This document shows positions 1 through 8,830 of a stretch of DNA of 64,000 nt, piece after piece; positions within the stretch are counted from its first letter, which is position 1; every line of letters starts with the position of its first letter. Origin of the DNA: a virus (lineage: Duplodnaviria; Caudoviricetes). Location of the stretch: positions 1-64,000 of the IMG/VR virus record IMGVR_UViG_3300037851_000542. The stretch is one strand, 5' to 3'. Under the pieces are notes generated by a model. It was not told the DNA's origin. It saw only the letters and a list, made by a program, of their open reading frames with translations, and ran no database searches. The position numbers were made by a program, and so were the translations under genes.

Positions 1-227
1 TAAAGAACCAGTTTAAATTTAAAATATGACTTACCGGTGTGAATAATGAAGTGGTCAATGTCTGCATTTTCATATGCTTTTGAATTTTTTACCACATCTA
101 GATCAAAGACGGCACTTAATCCAGATTTAAAAATTACTAATATGTAATTATTGTTGTTACTTGCAGTATAATAATGAGAAGTTTCAATACCAGTATCTAA
201 CCTTTTTAGTAAATATTCGCAGCTCAT
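1..227 (-). CDS. small array protein, runs off the window start
   Basis: ATG at 227 overlaps the TGA of the 224..451 ORF (ATGA); open frame MSCEYLLK... to the window edge. Confidence 0.7.
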   Translation of the reverse strand, partial: MSCEYLLKRLDTGIETSHYYTASNNNNYILVIFKSGLSAVFDLDVVKNSKAYENADIDHFIIHTGKSYFKFKLVL

Positions 228-451
228 ATAAAATAAAAAATATCTTTATAATCCCTATGCTGCTTACAGATATTAAATCTTATAAACCTTTTATTCAATG
301 TATAGTAAGTCCTGTTCAATATAAACTCTTTTAAAGAAGTGTAGATCATAGGTTGTAAGTATATATCAACACTTATTGTTTGGTTGATACCTAGAGTTAA
401 AGGTTTTCCCATATTATTTTTATTAGCTATAGCTAAATAGGTATACTTCAC
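224..451 (-). CDS. small array protein with C-terminal tail
   Basis: MKYTYLAI...FYFI*. Confidence 0.8.
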   Translation of the reverse strand: MKYTYLAIANKNNMGKPLTLGINQTISVDIYLQPMIYTSLKEFILNRTYYTLNKRFIRFNICKQHRDYKDIFYFI

Positions 452-458
452 GGTTAAC

Positions 459-707
459 CTAAATTAAATATAATAAATCAGTCTTTAATCTTCCCATAGA
501 AATACCGTCTTTGCCAAATTTATCTGTTAAGGTAAAACCTTGAACATTATGATCTTGGAAGTGATATTCTTTTCTTTTTAAAAATTTAGTTAAGTCATGA
601 TAACGATAAACAGGAAAGTCCCAATACTTAACAAGTAAAAACATTTTGGCAGTAATTTCTACGGGATAGTATAATTCTGTGCCAAAATGATTTTTTGATA
701 ATATCAA
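459..707 (-). CDS. small array protein with C-terminal tail
   Basis: ends LLYLI*. Confidence 0.8.
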   Translation of the reverse strand: MILSKNHFGTELYYPVEITAKMFLLVKYWDFPVYRYHDLTKFLKRKEYHFQDHNVQGFTLTDKFGKDGISMGRLKTDLLYLI

Positions 708-738
708 ATAGTTTCCTTTCCTAGCAAATTTAGTTCTC

Positions 739-993
739 TTAAATTAAATAAAATAAATCCCTAATCTCTTTTCCGTGTCTATGTAAAATAATATTCTCAA
801 AACCAGAGTCAGTTAAATAGTCCGATTGGTATTTTATATACTCCTGTAATGAAATTATTATAGGGGCACAGTTTTTAATAAGTATTGAAACTTTTTGATT
901 TTCTGCTAAGTTATAAATAGCACAGTACGGATCAGTAAGGTTAGGATTATAATAATAACCATTAGGGTAAAAAGCTAAAAACTTATAAACCAT
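739..993 (-). CDS. small array protein with C-terminal tail
   Basis: MVYKFLAF...LFYLI*. Confidence 0.8.
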   Translation of the reverse strand: MVYKFLAFYPNGYYYNPNLTDPYCAIYNLAENQKVSILIKNCAPIIISLQEYIKYQSDYLTDSGFENIILHRHGKEIRDLFYLI

Positions 994-1002
994 TTGTAAG
1001 CT

Positions 1003-1242
1003 TTAAATTAAATAAAATATATCAGTGTAAAAGTCAAAGAAGTAAGGAGGAATATAAAAAGATTTAAAATATTGATTGCTTGTATAAAATTTTTTATTTT
1101 TAATAAAGGTTGGCACTTCTATAATTTTAATTGGATCGTCCACTAAATATATAGCAACTTTGGTATGACAAAGGTCTAGAACGCTATAATCAAAACTATC
1201 ATCTGCTTCGGGGTATTTAGAATTTAACAAAAGATACCTCAT
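1003..1242 (-). CDS. small array protein with C-terminal tail
   Basis: likely start MRYLLL at 1242 (track start overlaps the neighbour); ends IFYLI*. Confidence 0.8.
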   Translation of the reverse strand: MRYLLLNSKYPEADDSFDYSVLDLCHTKVAIYLVDDPIKIIEVPTFIKNKKFYTSNQYFKSFYIPPYFFDFYTDIFYLI

Positions 1243-1246
1243 AGTG

Positions 1247-1474
1247 CTACACGATATAGAAAATTCTCTGAAAAAACAAATATTTAGCATCAATAGTAGC
1301 ATACCTAAAGTCCTTATCTTTAGCAATTTCCGTCTGGTCTCTTATGAACTGAGATAAAGATATTGTTTTAGAACAGTTTTTATAGAAATCAACACTAACC
1401 CTTTGAATCGTGGGAAATTTAATTACCATCGGCGATTTATGATAGATGTCAAACACTAAATAGTCGTAATGCAT
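1247..1474 (-). CDS. small array protein with C-terminal tail
   Basis: MHYDYLVF...IFYIV*. Confidence 0.8.
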   Translation of the reverse strand: MHYDYLVFDIYHKSPMVIKFPTIQRVSVDFYKNCSKTISLSQFIRDQTEIAKDKDFRYATIDAKYLFFQRIFYIV

Positions 1475-1484
1475 AATTAAATAC

Positions 1485-1715
1485 TTATACTAAAATCAGT
1501 ATTACTTCAAACCAGTGCCCGCTTATTGTCGTACCCATTGAGTGAGAATTTTGTTTTCTTAATTGCATTGTATGTTTGTGTAGATTTTTCAAATTAGTTA
1601 TAATTTCGTGTCTTACATAACCTCCTTCGTTAAAAAAAGATATTTTAACTAAAGAGTCAGAAGGAAAAGCCGTTTGCCTCAGTTTGCCAGTTAAAGTGTT
1701 TACTAAGTATTTCAT
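1485..1715 (-). CDS. small array protein with C-terminal tail
   Basis: likely start MKYLV at 1715 (ATGA coupling); ends ILILV*. Confidence 0.8.
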   Translation of the reverse strand: MKYLVNTLTGKLRQTAFPSDSLVKISFFNEGGYVRHEIITNLKNLHKHTMQLRKQNSHSMGTTISGHWFEVILILV

Positions 1716-1954
1716 ATTAATCTCAACCATTTTTCAAAAGTAACACCTTCTTTTTCAATATAAAATTCAACAGCCCCTTTGGACTCTAATTTTGCTAAAT
1801 TAATATAAAGATGTTTCATATCGGTTACGATGCGGGAGGGTTTCGAATTCAGCCAGTTATCTTCAGTGCGATAGTATATATTTATTGAGGAATCTAAATC
1901 ATAGTCCATTATCATCATATACTTAACATACCAGGCTTTTACTAAGTATCTCAT
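1712..1954 (-). CDS. small array protein with C-terminal tail
   Basis: MRYLVK...WLRLI*, ATGA overlaps. Confidence 0.8.
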   Translation of the reverse strand: MRYLVKAWYVKYMMIMDYDLDSSINIYYRTEDNWLNSKPSRIVTDMKHLYINLAKLESKGAVEFYIEKEGVTFEKWLRLI

Positions 1955-2196
1955 ATCAGTATTAGCATAGTTGTGTACCAGTAACCATAGCCGCCAATCT
2001 GTATAACATCTGCTCCATCTATCTTTAATCTCATTAAATGTTTATGTAAGTTGTTCATATTGGTTTTAATTACGTCTTGTTTAAGATCGTCTTTATTACA
2101 AAAAATTATTCTAATTTCCGAGTAATCCGGAAAATTAGTTATTTTTAAACCAAAACCATCGAGAGAGTGTACCCTATGTGTTAAATATCCCCTCAT
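1951..2196 (-). CDS. small array protein with C-terminal tail
   Basis: MRGYLT...MLILI*; resembles 1485..1715. Confidence 0.8.
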   Translation of the reverse strand: MRGYLTHRVHSLDGFGLKITNFPDYSEIRIIFCNKDDLKQDVIKTNMNNLHKHLMRLKIDGADVIQIGGYGYWYTTMLILI

Positions 2197-2411
2197 ATAA
2201 AATAATAAATATTAGTATAAGCGTTCATAGTGTGCTTTAGGACATTTAAATCGCCAAAAGTGTTTTTAAACTCAGTAATTACTCTTTTTGGAGCCCCATC
2301 TCCTACTACATAATAATCTATTGTAACTCGATAAGGCTTGTATATAGAAAATCTAAACTCACAATCAATTACATCCCAGTTATTGTATACACTTTTTCTT
2401 AAATAATACAT
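2193..2411 (-). CDS. small array protein with C-terminal tail
   Basis: MYYLRK...IYYFI*. Confidence 0.8.
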   Translation of the reverse strand: MYYLRKSVYNNWDVIDCEFRFSIYKPYRVTIDYYVVGDGAPKRVITEFKNTFGDLNVLKHTMNAYTNIYYFI

Positions 2412-2412
2412 A

Positions 2413-2634
2413 TTAAACCAAGTAATAAATTGCTCTTACGTGCTTATCTTTTAGTAGTAAACTAATGTTTTTATTTTTGCCGCTCTTAAAAAGGTCTTTT
2501 ATGGTAAAAAATAATTCCCAACCAAAAACTTCCTCTAGATCACTTTCGTCTATTTTAGTATACATTATGATGTGAGCTTCATTTGGAAATTCAATATGTA
2601 TATTAATATGCGTGTAAGCTATGAAGTATTTCAT
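2413..2634 (-). CDS. small array protein with C-terminal tail
   Basis: MKYFIA...IYYLV*. Confidence 0.8.
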   Translation of the reverse strand: MKYFIAYTHINIHIEFPNEAHIIMYTKIDESDLEEVFGWELFFTIKDLFKSGKNKNISLLLKDKHVRAIYYLV

Positions 2635-2831
2635 ACTAGATAATAAATAGATTTTAAAGTTACAGTTCCGGTGTTATAATGGTCAGGTCCAAACATATCC
2701 ATAGCCATTCTGATTTCAGTAATATTCATTGGTTCAGGTAGATCTATTGTATCATACTTTATAGCTGGTTCAATCGGAAGGTCAAACACATCATTATTAT
2801 AAATATAAACTAAAAGATATTTTGTTCTCAT
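2631..2831 (-). CDS. small array protein with C-terminal tail
   Basis: likely start MRTKYLLV at 2831 (TAATG overlap); ends IYYLV*. Confidence 0.75.
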   Translation of the reverse strand: MRTKYLLVYIYNNDVFDLPIEPAIKYDTIDLPEPMNITEIRMAMDMFGPDHYNTGTVTLKSIYYLV

Positions 2832-3058
2832 TAGATTAGGTGATATATGTTTTCCAGTTGCTGAGCTTTGAATGTAAAACACATATCCTTAAATATAATT
2901 CTATGTTGATTTTTGAAATTTACACATTCTTTTGCAGATATAGGCATAGGAAGCTTACCGTACATGTGGCTAAAAAATACATCCCTACCGACGGCGGGAG
3001 AGAACAGAGGGTGCCCTTCTAGTTTCTGAAACCTTACTAAGTATATAGGCTTTTTCAT
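2831..3058 (-). CDS. small array protein with C-terminal tail
   Basis: likely start MKKPIYLV at 3058; ends IYHLI*. Confidence 0.75.
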   Translation of the reverse strand: MKKPIYLVRFQKLEGHPLFSPAVGRDVFFSHMYGKLPMPISAKECVNFKNQHRIIFKDMCFTFKAQQLENIYHLI

Positions 3059-3309
3059 ATTAAATACCAAAGTTTTCTGACATAGTGAGGAAACCAAACT
3101 ATCTTTTCTTTTTTTAAAAAAGTATTCAAGGCACCTATATTGTTAAAATTTAATGATACTGCATTTGAAGGAAGGTCTCCTTCAAAAATATCTATTAAAT
3201 CGTTGCTATCGTAACTTATATACTGTATTTTTATATTATTCTTTGCAAAATCTCCATTAAACATATCCTCACATAATGCAAGGTATTTATACTCAATATT
3301 AGTACTCAT
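3055..3309 (-). CDS. small array protein with C-terminal tail
   Basis: MSTNIEYKYLA...LWYLI*. Confidence 0.8.
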   Translation of the reverse strand: MSTNIEYKYLALCEDMFNGDFAKNNIKIQYISYDSNDLIDIFEGDLPSNAVSLNFNNIGALNTFLKKEKIVWFPHYVRKLWYLI

Positions 3310-3539
3310 ATTAAATGCCACAATTTTACTATTTGACGGTATTTATAGCACACGCAGCTCTTTTTTAAGATAGTATTTAAAGAGGTTATATCAGAGCTAG
3401 GCAAAGCATAACAAGCACAAATAAGCTTTATTTCCTCAGAGCTTACTCTACCTATAAAAGTCTCGCAACCAAGTGCAAGATACGTACTACTCAGGTAACT
3501 GTAATCATTATTACTATTAAATACCTTTTTTATTTTCAT
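3306..3539 (-). CDS. small array protein with C-terminal tail
   Basis: ends KLWHLI*. Confidence 0.75.
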   Translation of the reverse strand: MKIKKVFNSNNDYSYLSSTYLALGCETFIGRVSSEEIKLICACYALPSSDITSLNTILKKSCVCYKYRQIVKLWHLI

Positions 3540-3781
3540 ACCCAGTGCCAGAGTTTTAATGGTATTATAGCTCCTTTATTTGGGCATATTTTTCCATCAA
3601 TAGTTCCCTTTAAAAGAGCTTTTTTAATCCAGTATGCATAAAAGTTACTATTAGGAAACTCTATATCCCACACTAACTGTAAAATAACTTCTACTTCTTT
3701 CTCAGAAAAGAGACCTACATAAGGAGTGGCTGAATTGTCTTCTAAACCTTTACTGGAATTATATAGTAATAAGTATGTCAT
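3536..3781 (-). CDS. small array protein with C-terminal tail
   Basis: MTYLLL...KLWHWV*. Confidence 0.75.
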   Translation of the reverse strand: MTYLLLYNSSKGLEDNSATPYVGLFSEKEVEVILQLVWDIEFPNSNFYAYWIKKALLKGTIDGKICPNKGAIIPLKLWHWV

Positions 3782-4089
3782 TATATTAAATTTATCCTTT
3801 TTAAATCTGTGATTTTAATCCCTCCAAAACGCGCACGGGCATAACTTATTCCCATAGCCCAAGCTAGAGCGGGGTTAGTATCCCTTAGATACTCAAACTC
3901 GTGTTCTTTCGCATTATAATCGAATACACATTTATTGTTTAACTTTTTTTCAAAAACTGCTTTAATTGAAAGGGCATTCGACCTCCTTTTTTTAGGAGTA
4001 TAGTTAAGTTTTAATTCAGGGTGTACATAAATTAACACAGATTGTCCTGTTTCAACATTTAAGGCTATGATATTAGGTGTTGGTTTCAT
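3781..4089 (-). CDS. small array protein with C-terminal tail
   Basis: 102 aa; ends RINLI*. Confidence 0.75.
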   Translation of the reverse strand: MKPTPNIIALNVETGQSVLIYVHPELKLNYTPKKRRSNALSIKAVFEKKLNNKCVFDYNAKEHEFEYLRDTNPALAWAMGISYARARFGGIKITDLKRINLI

Positions 4090-4099
4090 TTTTAACTCT

Positions 4100-4327
4100 T
4101 TAGATTAAGATATTGATTGATTTTATTAATTCCTTCTGCCCTATCCACCATCCACCGTTATCTCTTATAATATATCTTAGCTTTTTAAATTTGTCATAGG
4201 TAAAACCGTTATAGGTAGAATCTCTGTAATATAAATAACTCTGATCTACAATCTTATATCGAATACCTAAAGCATATTTACTTTTTTTAGTGCAAACTAA
4301 ATACTTTTGATTACCTAATCTTTCCAC
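4100..4327 (-). CDS. small array protein with C-terminal tail
   Basis: KYLVC...SINILI*. Confidence 0.8.
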   Translation of the reverse strand: MERLGNQKYLVCTKKSKYALGIRYKIVDQSYLYYRDSTYNGFTYDKFKKLRYIIRDNGGWWIGQKELIKSINILI

Positions 4328-4341
4328 ACCCTGATCTGTTA

Positions 4342-4590
4342 TTAAATTAATATATGAATGGAAATTATAGATTCACCCAGTTGAAAACACCATTGCTCTT
4401 CGTGCTCTTCTAGAATATCTCTGATATGAATGAACTGCTCGTATGAATTACTGTGGTACAAATGGCAATTATCTAGCTCTTTCATAGTTTTAATCTTGTA
4501 TTCGGGGTTACCAGTAACAACACTAAAACAATTACTACTGATCTCTCTTTTGCCAGTAGTACGAATTAAATATTTAAAATTATGACTCAT
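4342..4590 (-). CDS. small array protein with C-terminal tail
   Basis: FKYLIR...SIHILI*. Confidence 0.8.
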   Translation of the reverse strand: MSHNFKYLIRTTGKREISSNCFSVVTGNPEYKIKTMKELDNCHLYHSNSYEQFIHIRDILEEHEEQWCFQLGESIISIHILI

Positions 4591-4593
4591 TTT

Positions 4594-4686
4594 TTATTCA
4601 GCCGTTAAATTAAAAACCCTAAAACTAGGATTAGCGCTATTATAATACCCACCATAAAACACTAGATATTTAACATTAACAGTCAT
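4594..4686 (-). pseudogene. probable truncated array member (30 aa)
   Basis: MTVNVKYLVF...AE*: family N-terminus but no tail. Confidence 0.4.
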
Positions 4687-4708
4687 TATTGTTTTCCGCT
4701 TGTCAACC

Positions 4709-4900
4709 TTAAATTAATATGTAAATAGCTTCTATAGACAACCAATTATGGAAACACCAAATAGTGCCATTTAATGACTTATCTAAACATATTTTGTAAT
4801 GTGCATATAAATCTATAGGATGTGCAATATCGTCCCACATCTCTAATAAACAGTGATGATTAGATCTTGCTTTACACACTAACCACTTACAGTCCCTCAT
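4709..4900 (-). CDS. small array protein with C-terminal tail
   Basis: KWLVC...AIYILI*. Confidence 0.75.
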   Translation of the reverse strand: MRDCKWLVCKARSNHHCLLEMWDDIAHPIDLYAHYKICLDKSLNGTIWCFHNWLSIEAIYILI

Positions 4901-4910
4901 TGCTATTCCC

Positions 4911-5141
4911 TTAAACTAGCATATATACATCTGCGACAGATGTACCGCATGGAAGTACTACATAAACCCCAGTTTTTTCTGTTATTTCTCGATCTTCTCT
5001 AATGTTCTTAATAAACTCTTTAACAGGCACTTCATATTCTCTTTCCAAATAGCTTAAATCTAAGATACGATGACTTCTAGTGTCTCCGCATAGCACTAAC
5101 CACTTACCGTTACTCATGTTTATCTGTTTACCACTACTCAT
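4911..5141 (-). CDS. small array protein with C-terminal tail
   Basis: KWLVLC...VYMLV*; sigma28-type promoter at 5187-5214 upstream. Confidence 0.75.
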   Translation of the reverse strand: MSSGKQINMSNGKWLVLCGDTRSHRILDLSYLEREYEVPVKEFIKNIREDREITEKTGVYVVLPCGTSVADVYMLV

Positions 5142-5283
5142 GTTTACCTGTTTGTTAAACTTTTAAATTTAAATCACTAAAAGTAGTATCGGTATTAAGT
5201 ATAAATAACTTTAACTATAAATGTACCATAGTGACTTTATTTCACGGAGGCTTTAAAATTTTTATAGGGTATACTAATAATCT

Positions 5284-5571
5284 TTAGATTAAATAAAGAA
5301 CATCTGTCCAGTAAAGGTTACACAGGTTAAAATCATCAAAGCTGAAACAAATAAAATTATCAGCTTGTAATTTGGATCGGTTATTAATAAAATAAGTTAA
5401 GTTACTTGACAAGTGAATAACTAAAGCGTCTTTAAAAGTACTGTGTGTTTTATAAAAGTTTACAGGTTCATTATTATCACAGCTTACAGATAAATAACCT
5501 CTATTTTCTTCTGAGTTAAACTTTTTACAGGGGCGCATTAAATAGCTGTATTTATTACCGTATTTATTCAT
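5284..5571 (-). CDS. small array protein with C-terminal tail
   Basis: YSYLMR...VLYLI*. Confidence 0.8.
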   Translation of the reverse strand: MNKYGNKYSYLMRPCKKFNSEENRGYLSVSCDNNEPVNFYKTHSTFKDALVIHLSSNLTYFINNRSKLQADNFICFSFDDFNLCNLYWTDVLYLI

Positions 5572-5579
5572 AAATAATC

Positions 5580-5858
5580 TTAGATTAAATAAAACACATC
5601 TTTATAGTGACCTAATGGTGGTTTATTACTAGTAGCATTATGTAGTCTAAAATGACTAACATGGTCACAATAAATATACTTAGCTTTGTTACTAATTAGC
5701 TCATTAATACTTATGACCTTAGTTGTATTTCTTCCTTGGGCGTCATCATTCTTATAATATCTTGGTATTCTTATCTTTTGCGATGAAGGGAGTAATTCTT
5801 TTACATAGAATGTTTTAATAGTAAAAGTAGTAATAAATAGGTAGTTATATTTAAGCAT
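5580..5858 (-). CDS. small array protein with C-terminal tail
   Basis: YNYLFI...YKDVFYLI*. Confidence 0.8.
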   Translation of the reverse strand: MLKYNYLFITTFTIKTFYVKELLPSSQKIRIPRYYKNDDAQGRNTTKVISINELISNKAKYIYCDHVSHFRLHNATSNKPPLGHYKDVFYLI

Positions 5859-5864
5859 ATTAAA

Positions 5865-6179
5865 TCATATCAGATAATATAATCTGTGGTAAGAATTTTC
5901 TGGTCCGCTGCCGCTAAATCTAAAATATTTAAAGGAATGGTGGTTATAATATTGAATTTTATTATTTAAAAACTCTTCGAAAGTTATTTCAAAATACTCA
6001 ACATAGGGGTAATTCTTTGTATAAATAAGAACAGTTTCTGGCGTTATTAAATCATCTTGATCAAACAAGTTATCTAATATTTTAAGCTTAGTGTACCAAC
6101 TGATATCCTTAAAAGGATCACTATCTTTTTTCCTATAAAATAATAAAAATCTTCCTTTATTGTAATCTATTTTTTTCAT
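5865..6179 (-). CDS. small array protein with C-terminal tail
   Basis: RFLLFY...LYYLI*. Confidence 0.8.
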   Translation of the reverse strand: MKKIDYNKGRFLLFYRKKDSDPFKDISWYTKLKILDNLFDQDDLITPETVLIYTKNYPYVEYFEITFEEFLNNKIQYYNHHSFKYFRFSGSGPENSYHRLYYLI

Positions 6180-6188
6180 AACTCTAAC

Positions 6189-6473
6189 CTAGATAAAGTA
6201 AAATATATTTTCATAGGTAGATAAAGGAGCAGTATGGGCACTATAGGTGCTTGGTTTTATTATAAAATACCTAAACATTGGTACATCTATCAAGCCGCTT
6301 TTATTTTTTAAAAAGTGGTCTATTTGAATTGGCTTCCTAAGGGTATCTATGGATGGAGAAGATGTATATACAATAATTTCTTCTTCGCCGGTTAAGTGTA
6401 GGATCTCTGGAATGTAAGTATTATAACCTGTGTACTCTACTCTAAATAATAAGTATTTACAACTAATAGGCAT
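6189..6473 (-). CDS. small array protein with C-terminal tail
   Basis: KYLLFR...YENIFYFI*. Confidence 0.8.
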   Translation of the reverse strand: MPISCKYLLFRVEYTGYNTYIPEILHLTGEEEIIVYTSSPSIDTLRKPIQIDHFLKNKSGLIDVPMFRYFIIKPSTYSAHTAPLSTYENIFYFI

Positions 6474-6475
6474 AG

Positions 6476-6745
6476 TTAGATAAAGTAAAAAGCATCTTTA
6501 TAATCTGGATCTACTCTGCTAAGGTGTGAGAAATTATTATATATAACTATGAAATATCTAAAGCCTGTATCTGAAGTAATACTATGTTTATTCCTAATAA
6601 ATTTATCTATACTCATTGCCTCAGGAGGTCTACCTCGTCTGTGGACATTAATCTTTTGTGCGCAATTTAGTTCTTTAGCTTTAATTTCTTGAATTCTATA
6701 AGGTCTTCTTATCAATAAGTATTTGCCCATTAAAGTATTATACAT
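6476..6745 (-). CDS. small array protein with C-terminal tail
   Basis: KYLLIR...DPDYKDAFYFI*; start 6745 or 6730. Confidence 0.8.
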   Translation of the reverse strand: MYNTLMGKYLLIRRPYRIQEIKAKELNCAQKINVHRRGRPPEAMSIDKFIRNKHSITSDTGFRYFIVIYNNFSHLSRVDPDYKDAFYFI

Positions 6746-6749
6746 TGTT

Positions 6750-7052
6750 TTAAATAAAATAAAAAGCATCTTTCCAGTACGGAGGATCTGTTTTGAAGTA
6801 AAGAATATGAGACGGATCTAAATCTGCCAGTGTGAAATATTGAAAGTTAAAATTAGGTAAAAGATTTTTTTTTCTAACAAACTCACTAAGCGTCACTGGT
6901 CTTAGAAAGTTTTGTTTATAAACTTTACCTTGTAAGTTTTTAGCATAAAAGTTTATCTTTTGGTCTAAAGGAAAAGAACTGTGAATAGGATCCCAACAGG
7001 GAAAGTCTTCACTCTTAAAGAATAATAAATAACTTTGAGTTTTATTTTCCAT
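6750..7052 (-). CDS. small array protein with C-terminal tail
   Basis: SYLLFF...DPPYWKDAFYFI*; close paralog of 6476. Confidence 0.8.
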   Translation of the reverse strand: MENKTQSYLLFFKSEDFPCWDPIHSSFPLDQKINFYAKNLQGKVYKQNFLRPVTLSEFVRKKNLLPNFNFQYFTLADLDPSHILYFKTDPPYWKDAFYFI

Positions 7053-7054
7053 TC

Positions 7055-7351
7055 TTATATAAAATAAAAAATAGTTTTAAATTTTAGTAATCCATACTCA
7101 TAGAAAAATTCACCTATACTCTTAGATCCAATATTTTTTGGGTCAGTCTCCCCTCCTTTTATATTTCTAAGTAGGTTTATATAACTCATACAATCTTTTA
7201 TTGGTTCTTTTTTTATAAAAACTCGTGGATCGTTTTTTGCCGCATAGAAATAAATATTTAAATCGTCTGATAAATCAACAGGCGTATATTCCCAGTAATT
7301 GCTATACCAACAATAATTTGTATATCTAAATATTAAATATTTATTATTCAT
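7055..7351 (-). CDS. small array protein with C-terminal tail
   Basis: KYLIFR...TIFYFI*. Confidence 0.8.
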   Translation of the reverse strand: MNNKYLIFRYTNYCWYSNYWEYTPVDLSDDLNIYFYAAKNDPRVFIKKEPIKDCMSYINLLRNIKGGETDPKNIGSKSIGEFFYEYGLLKFKTIFYFI

Positions 7352-7360
7352 CTGTAACTG

Positions 7361-7600
7361 TTAAATAAAATAATATAAATACTCATAGCAAAAGCGATCA
7401 CCATCTACCGAAAAAGCTTCTATTTTTAGGTCATTTGGTGGTTTTACGTTTTTAAAATGTTTTATATCTGATTTAATAGATTTCCAATCCCTGTTTAATA
7501 TTAATTCCCTTGGTTCAATATACCAAACTGTAATCTTAGTATTTTCATTTACTACAAATACCGCTTTAAAACTAACGGAGTCAACAGCTAACAATTTCAT
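7361..7600 (-). CDS. small array protein with C-terminal tail
   Basis: MKLLAV...YLYYFI*; paralog of 7605. Confidence 0.8.
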   Translation of the reverse strand: MKLLAVDSVSFKAVFVVNENTKITVWYIEPRELILNRDWKSIKSDIKHFKNVKPPNDLKIEAFSVDGDRFCYEYLYYFI

Positions 7601-7604
7601 ACAT

Positions 7605-7856
7605 TCAAATCAAGTAATAAAGCCCAGAAAAATGAGTTTCATCCTCTGGGACAATGTAAAAACAAGAAAAAGAATCAGCAAAATCTTTTTTTACTTTATT
7701 AAATCTTCTTAAATCTGAGATTACCCACTTGTGCTGAGGATTAGGATAGTCATTAAAACCAAAACCAGTAGAATACCAAACTTTTATTACTGTTTCTTGT
7801 GTAATTTTAACAGAGCAAAATGTTTTACCATCTCCCCTCCTTCCGAGTAATTTCAT
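7605..7856 (-). CDS. small array protein with C-terminal tail
   Basis: MKLLGR...GLYYLI*. Confidence 0.8.
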   Translation of the reverse strand: MKLLGRRGDGKTFCSVKITQETVIKVWYSTGFGFNDYPNPQHKWVISDLRRFNKVKKDFADSFSCFYIVPEDETHFSGLYYLI

Positions 7857-7860
7857 AATT

Positions 7861-8112
7861 TTAAATCAAATAATAGAGCTTATCAAGATTAGGGTTACCA
7901 CAGGATTGTATACTGTGAATCCAAGTTCTACACTTATTCCACTCATCACAGTTTTTTAAATCTATTACTGCTCCTTGTTTAAACGTATAGTAAATGTTGT
8001 GAATTCTTTTGCTATTATCCGTGTATGTAAAGTCTATTGCATTTCTATGTTTAATAAAATCAATTTTTATATCGGGTAGTAATTTATGTTGTTCTTTTGC
8101 TAAATACTGCAT
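7861..8112 (-). CDS. small array protein with C-terminal tail
   Basis: likely start MQYLAK at 8112; ends KLYYLI*. Confidence 0.8.
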   Translation of the reverse strand: MQYLAKEQHKLLPDIKIDFIKHRNAIDFTYTDNSKRIHNIYYTFKQGAVIDLKNCDEWNKCRTWIHSIQSCGNPNLDKLYYLI

Positions 8113-8116
8113 ACAC

Positions 8117-8368
8117 TTAAATAAAATAATAAAGCTTATGGTAAGCAATTACACTTTTATCTACACTCATTTCAAAATCGTCTTCTTGTGCAGATAGCCT
8201 ATTTAGAAACTTAAAAGCACCAGCTTTTTTTAGTGTGATAATATTGGAGACCCTGTGTTGGTCATCCAGATCCCAATATTTATAATAAATTGCTGTAGTT
8301 TTATTCAGGATGATAGCTCTAGGGTAGTCATTATTTTTTGCTAAATATTGCATTTTATTTTCACTCAT
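8117..8368 (-). CDS. small array protein with C-terminal tail
   Basis: MSENKMQYLAK...KLYYFI*; paralog of 7861. Confidence 0.8.
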   Translation of the reverse strand: MSENKMQYLAKNNDYPRAIILNKTTAIYYKYWDLDDQHRVSNIITLKKAGAFKFLNRLSAQEDDFEMSVDKSVIAYHKLYYFI

Positions 8369-8524
8369 ATCTAAGTGTCCCATAGTCAGTTAGATTAATG
8401 CTGCCCCGAATTTTTTTATACTAAACAATACCAGTCTATAATTGTATAAAAAGTGTTAGTGCTCTCTTCTAGAAATCTTACAACCACATTATCATCGGTA
8501 TAAAGTAAAAATAACTTTAGGTTT

Positions 8525-8830
8525 TTATACCCAGTATTTAGAAGTCCAATACACTATTTGTCTAAAACCCACACCACCTACTTCTAGTAAACCTAGTCTT
8601 AGACTTTGATCTTCAGACATTTCTTTGTTTATGTTATCAATACAAGATTCTAAATGTATTATGCTATTATACTGGTCCCAGCCCCAGCTTCTCTCTCTTA
8701 TTACTTTGAAAACCACAGTCCCATTAGTAAGGTCACTATAACTATATAGTAACCAGTGATCGCTTCCTTTAATTGTTTTACCTAGGTAATCGGTTTTAAA
8801 GCATTTAAATAAATATATTTTTTCACTCAT
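8525..8830 (-). CDS. small protein with tail-like end
   Basis: IYLFKC...SKYWV*; own sigma28-type promoter at 8867-8894. Confidence 0.75.
   Translation of the reverse strand: MSEKIYLFKCFKTDYLGKTIKGSDHWLLYSYSDLTNGTVVFKVIRERSWGWDQYNSIIHLESCIDNINKEMSEDQSLRLGLLEVGGVGFRQIVYWTSKYWV

Noticed and set aside
224-8830. Tail motif as a purely nucleotide signal (U-rich translation enhancer or repeat) or an AT-bias artefact
   Set aside because: Synonymous GC-containing codons (TTC, TAC, CTG, TTG, ATC, GTG) and all three stops occur while the amino acids are kept, and equally AT-rich cassette genes lack it. A partial nucleotide contribution cannot be fully excluded without statistics.
224-8830. Diversity-generating retroelement targets
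   Set aside because: No reverse transcriptase and no TR/VR pair differing only at adenines were seen.
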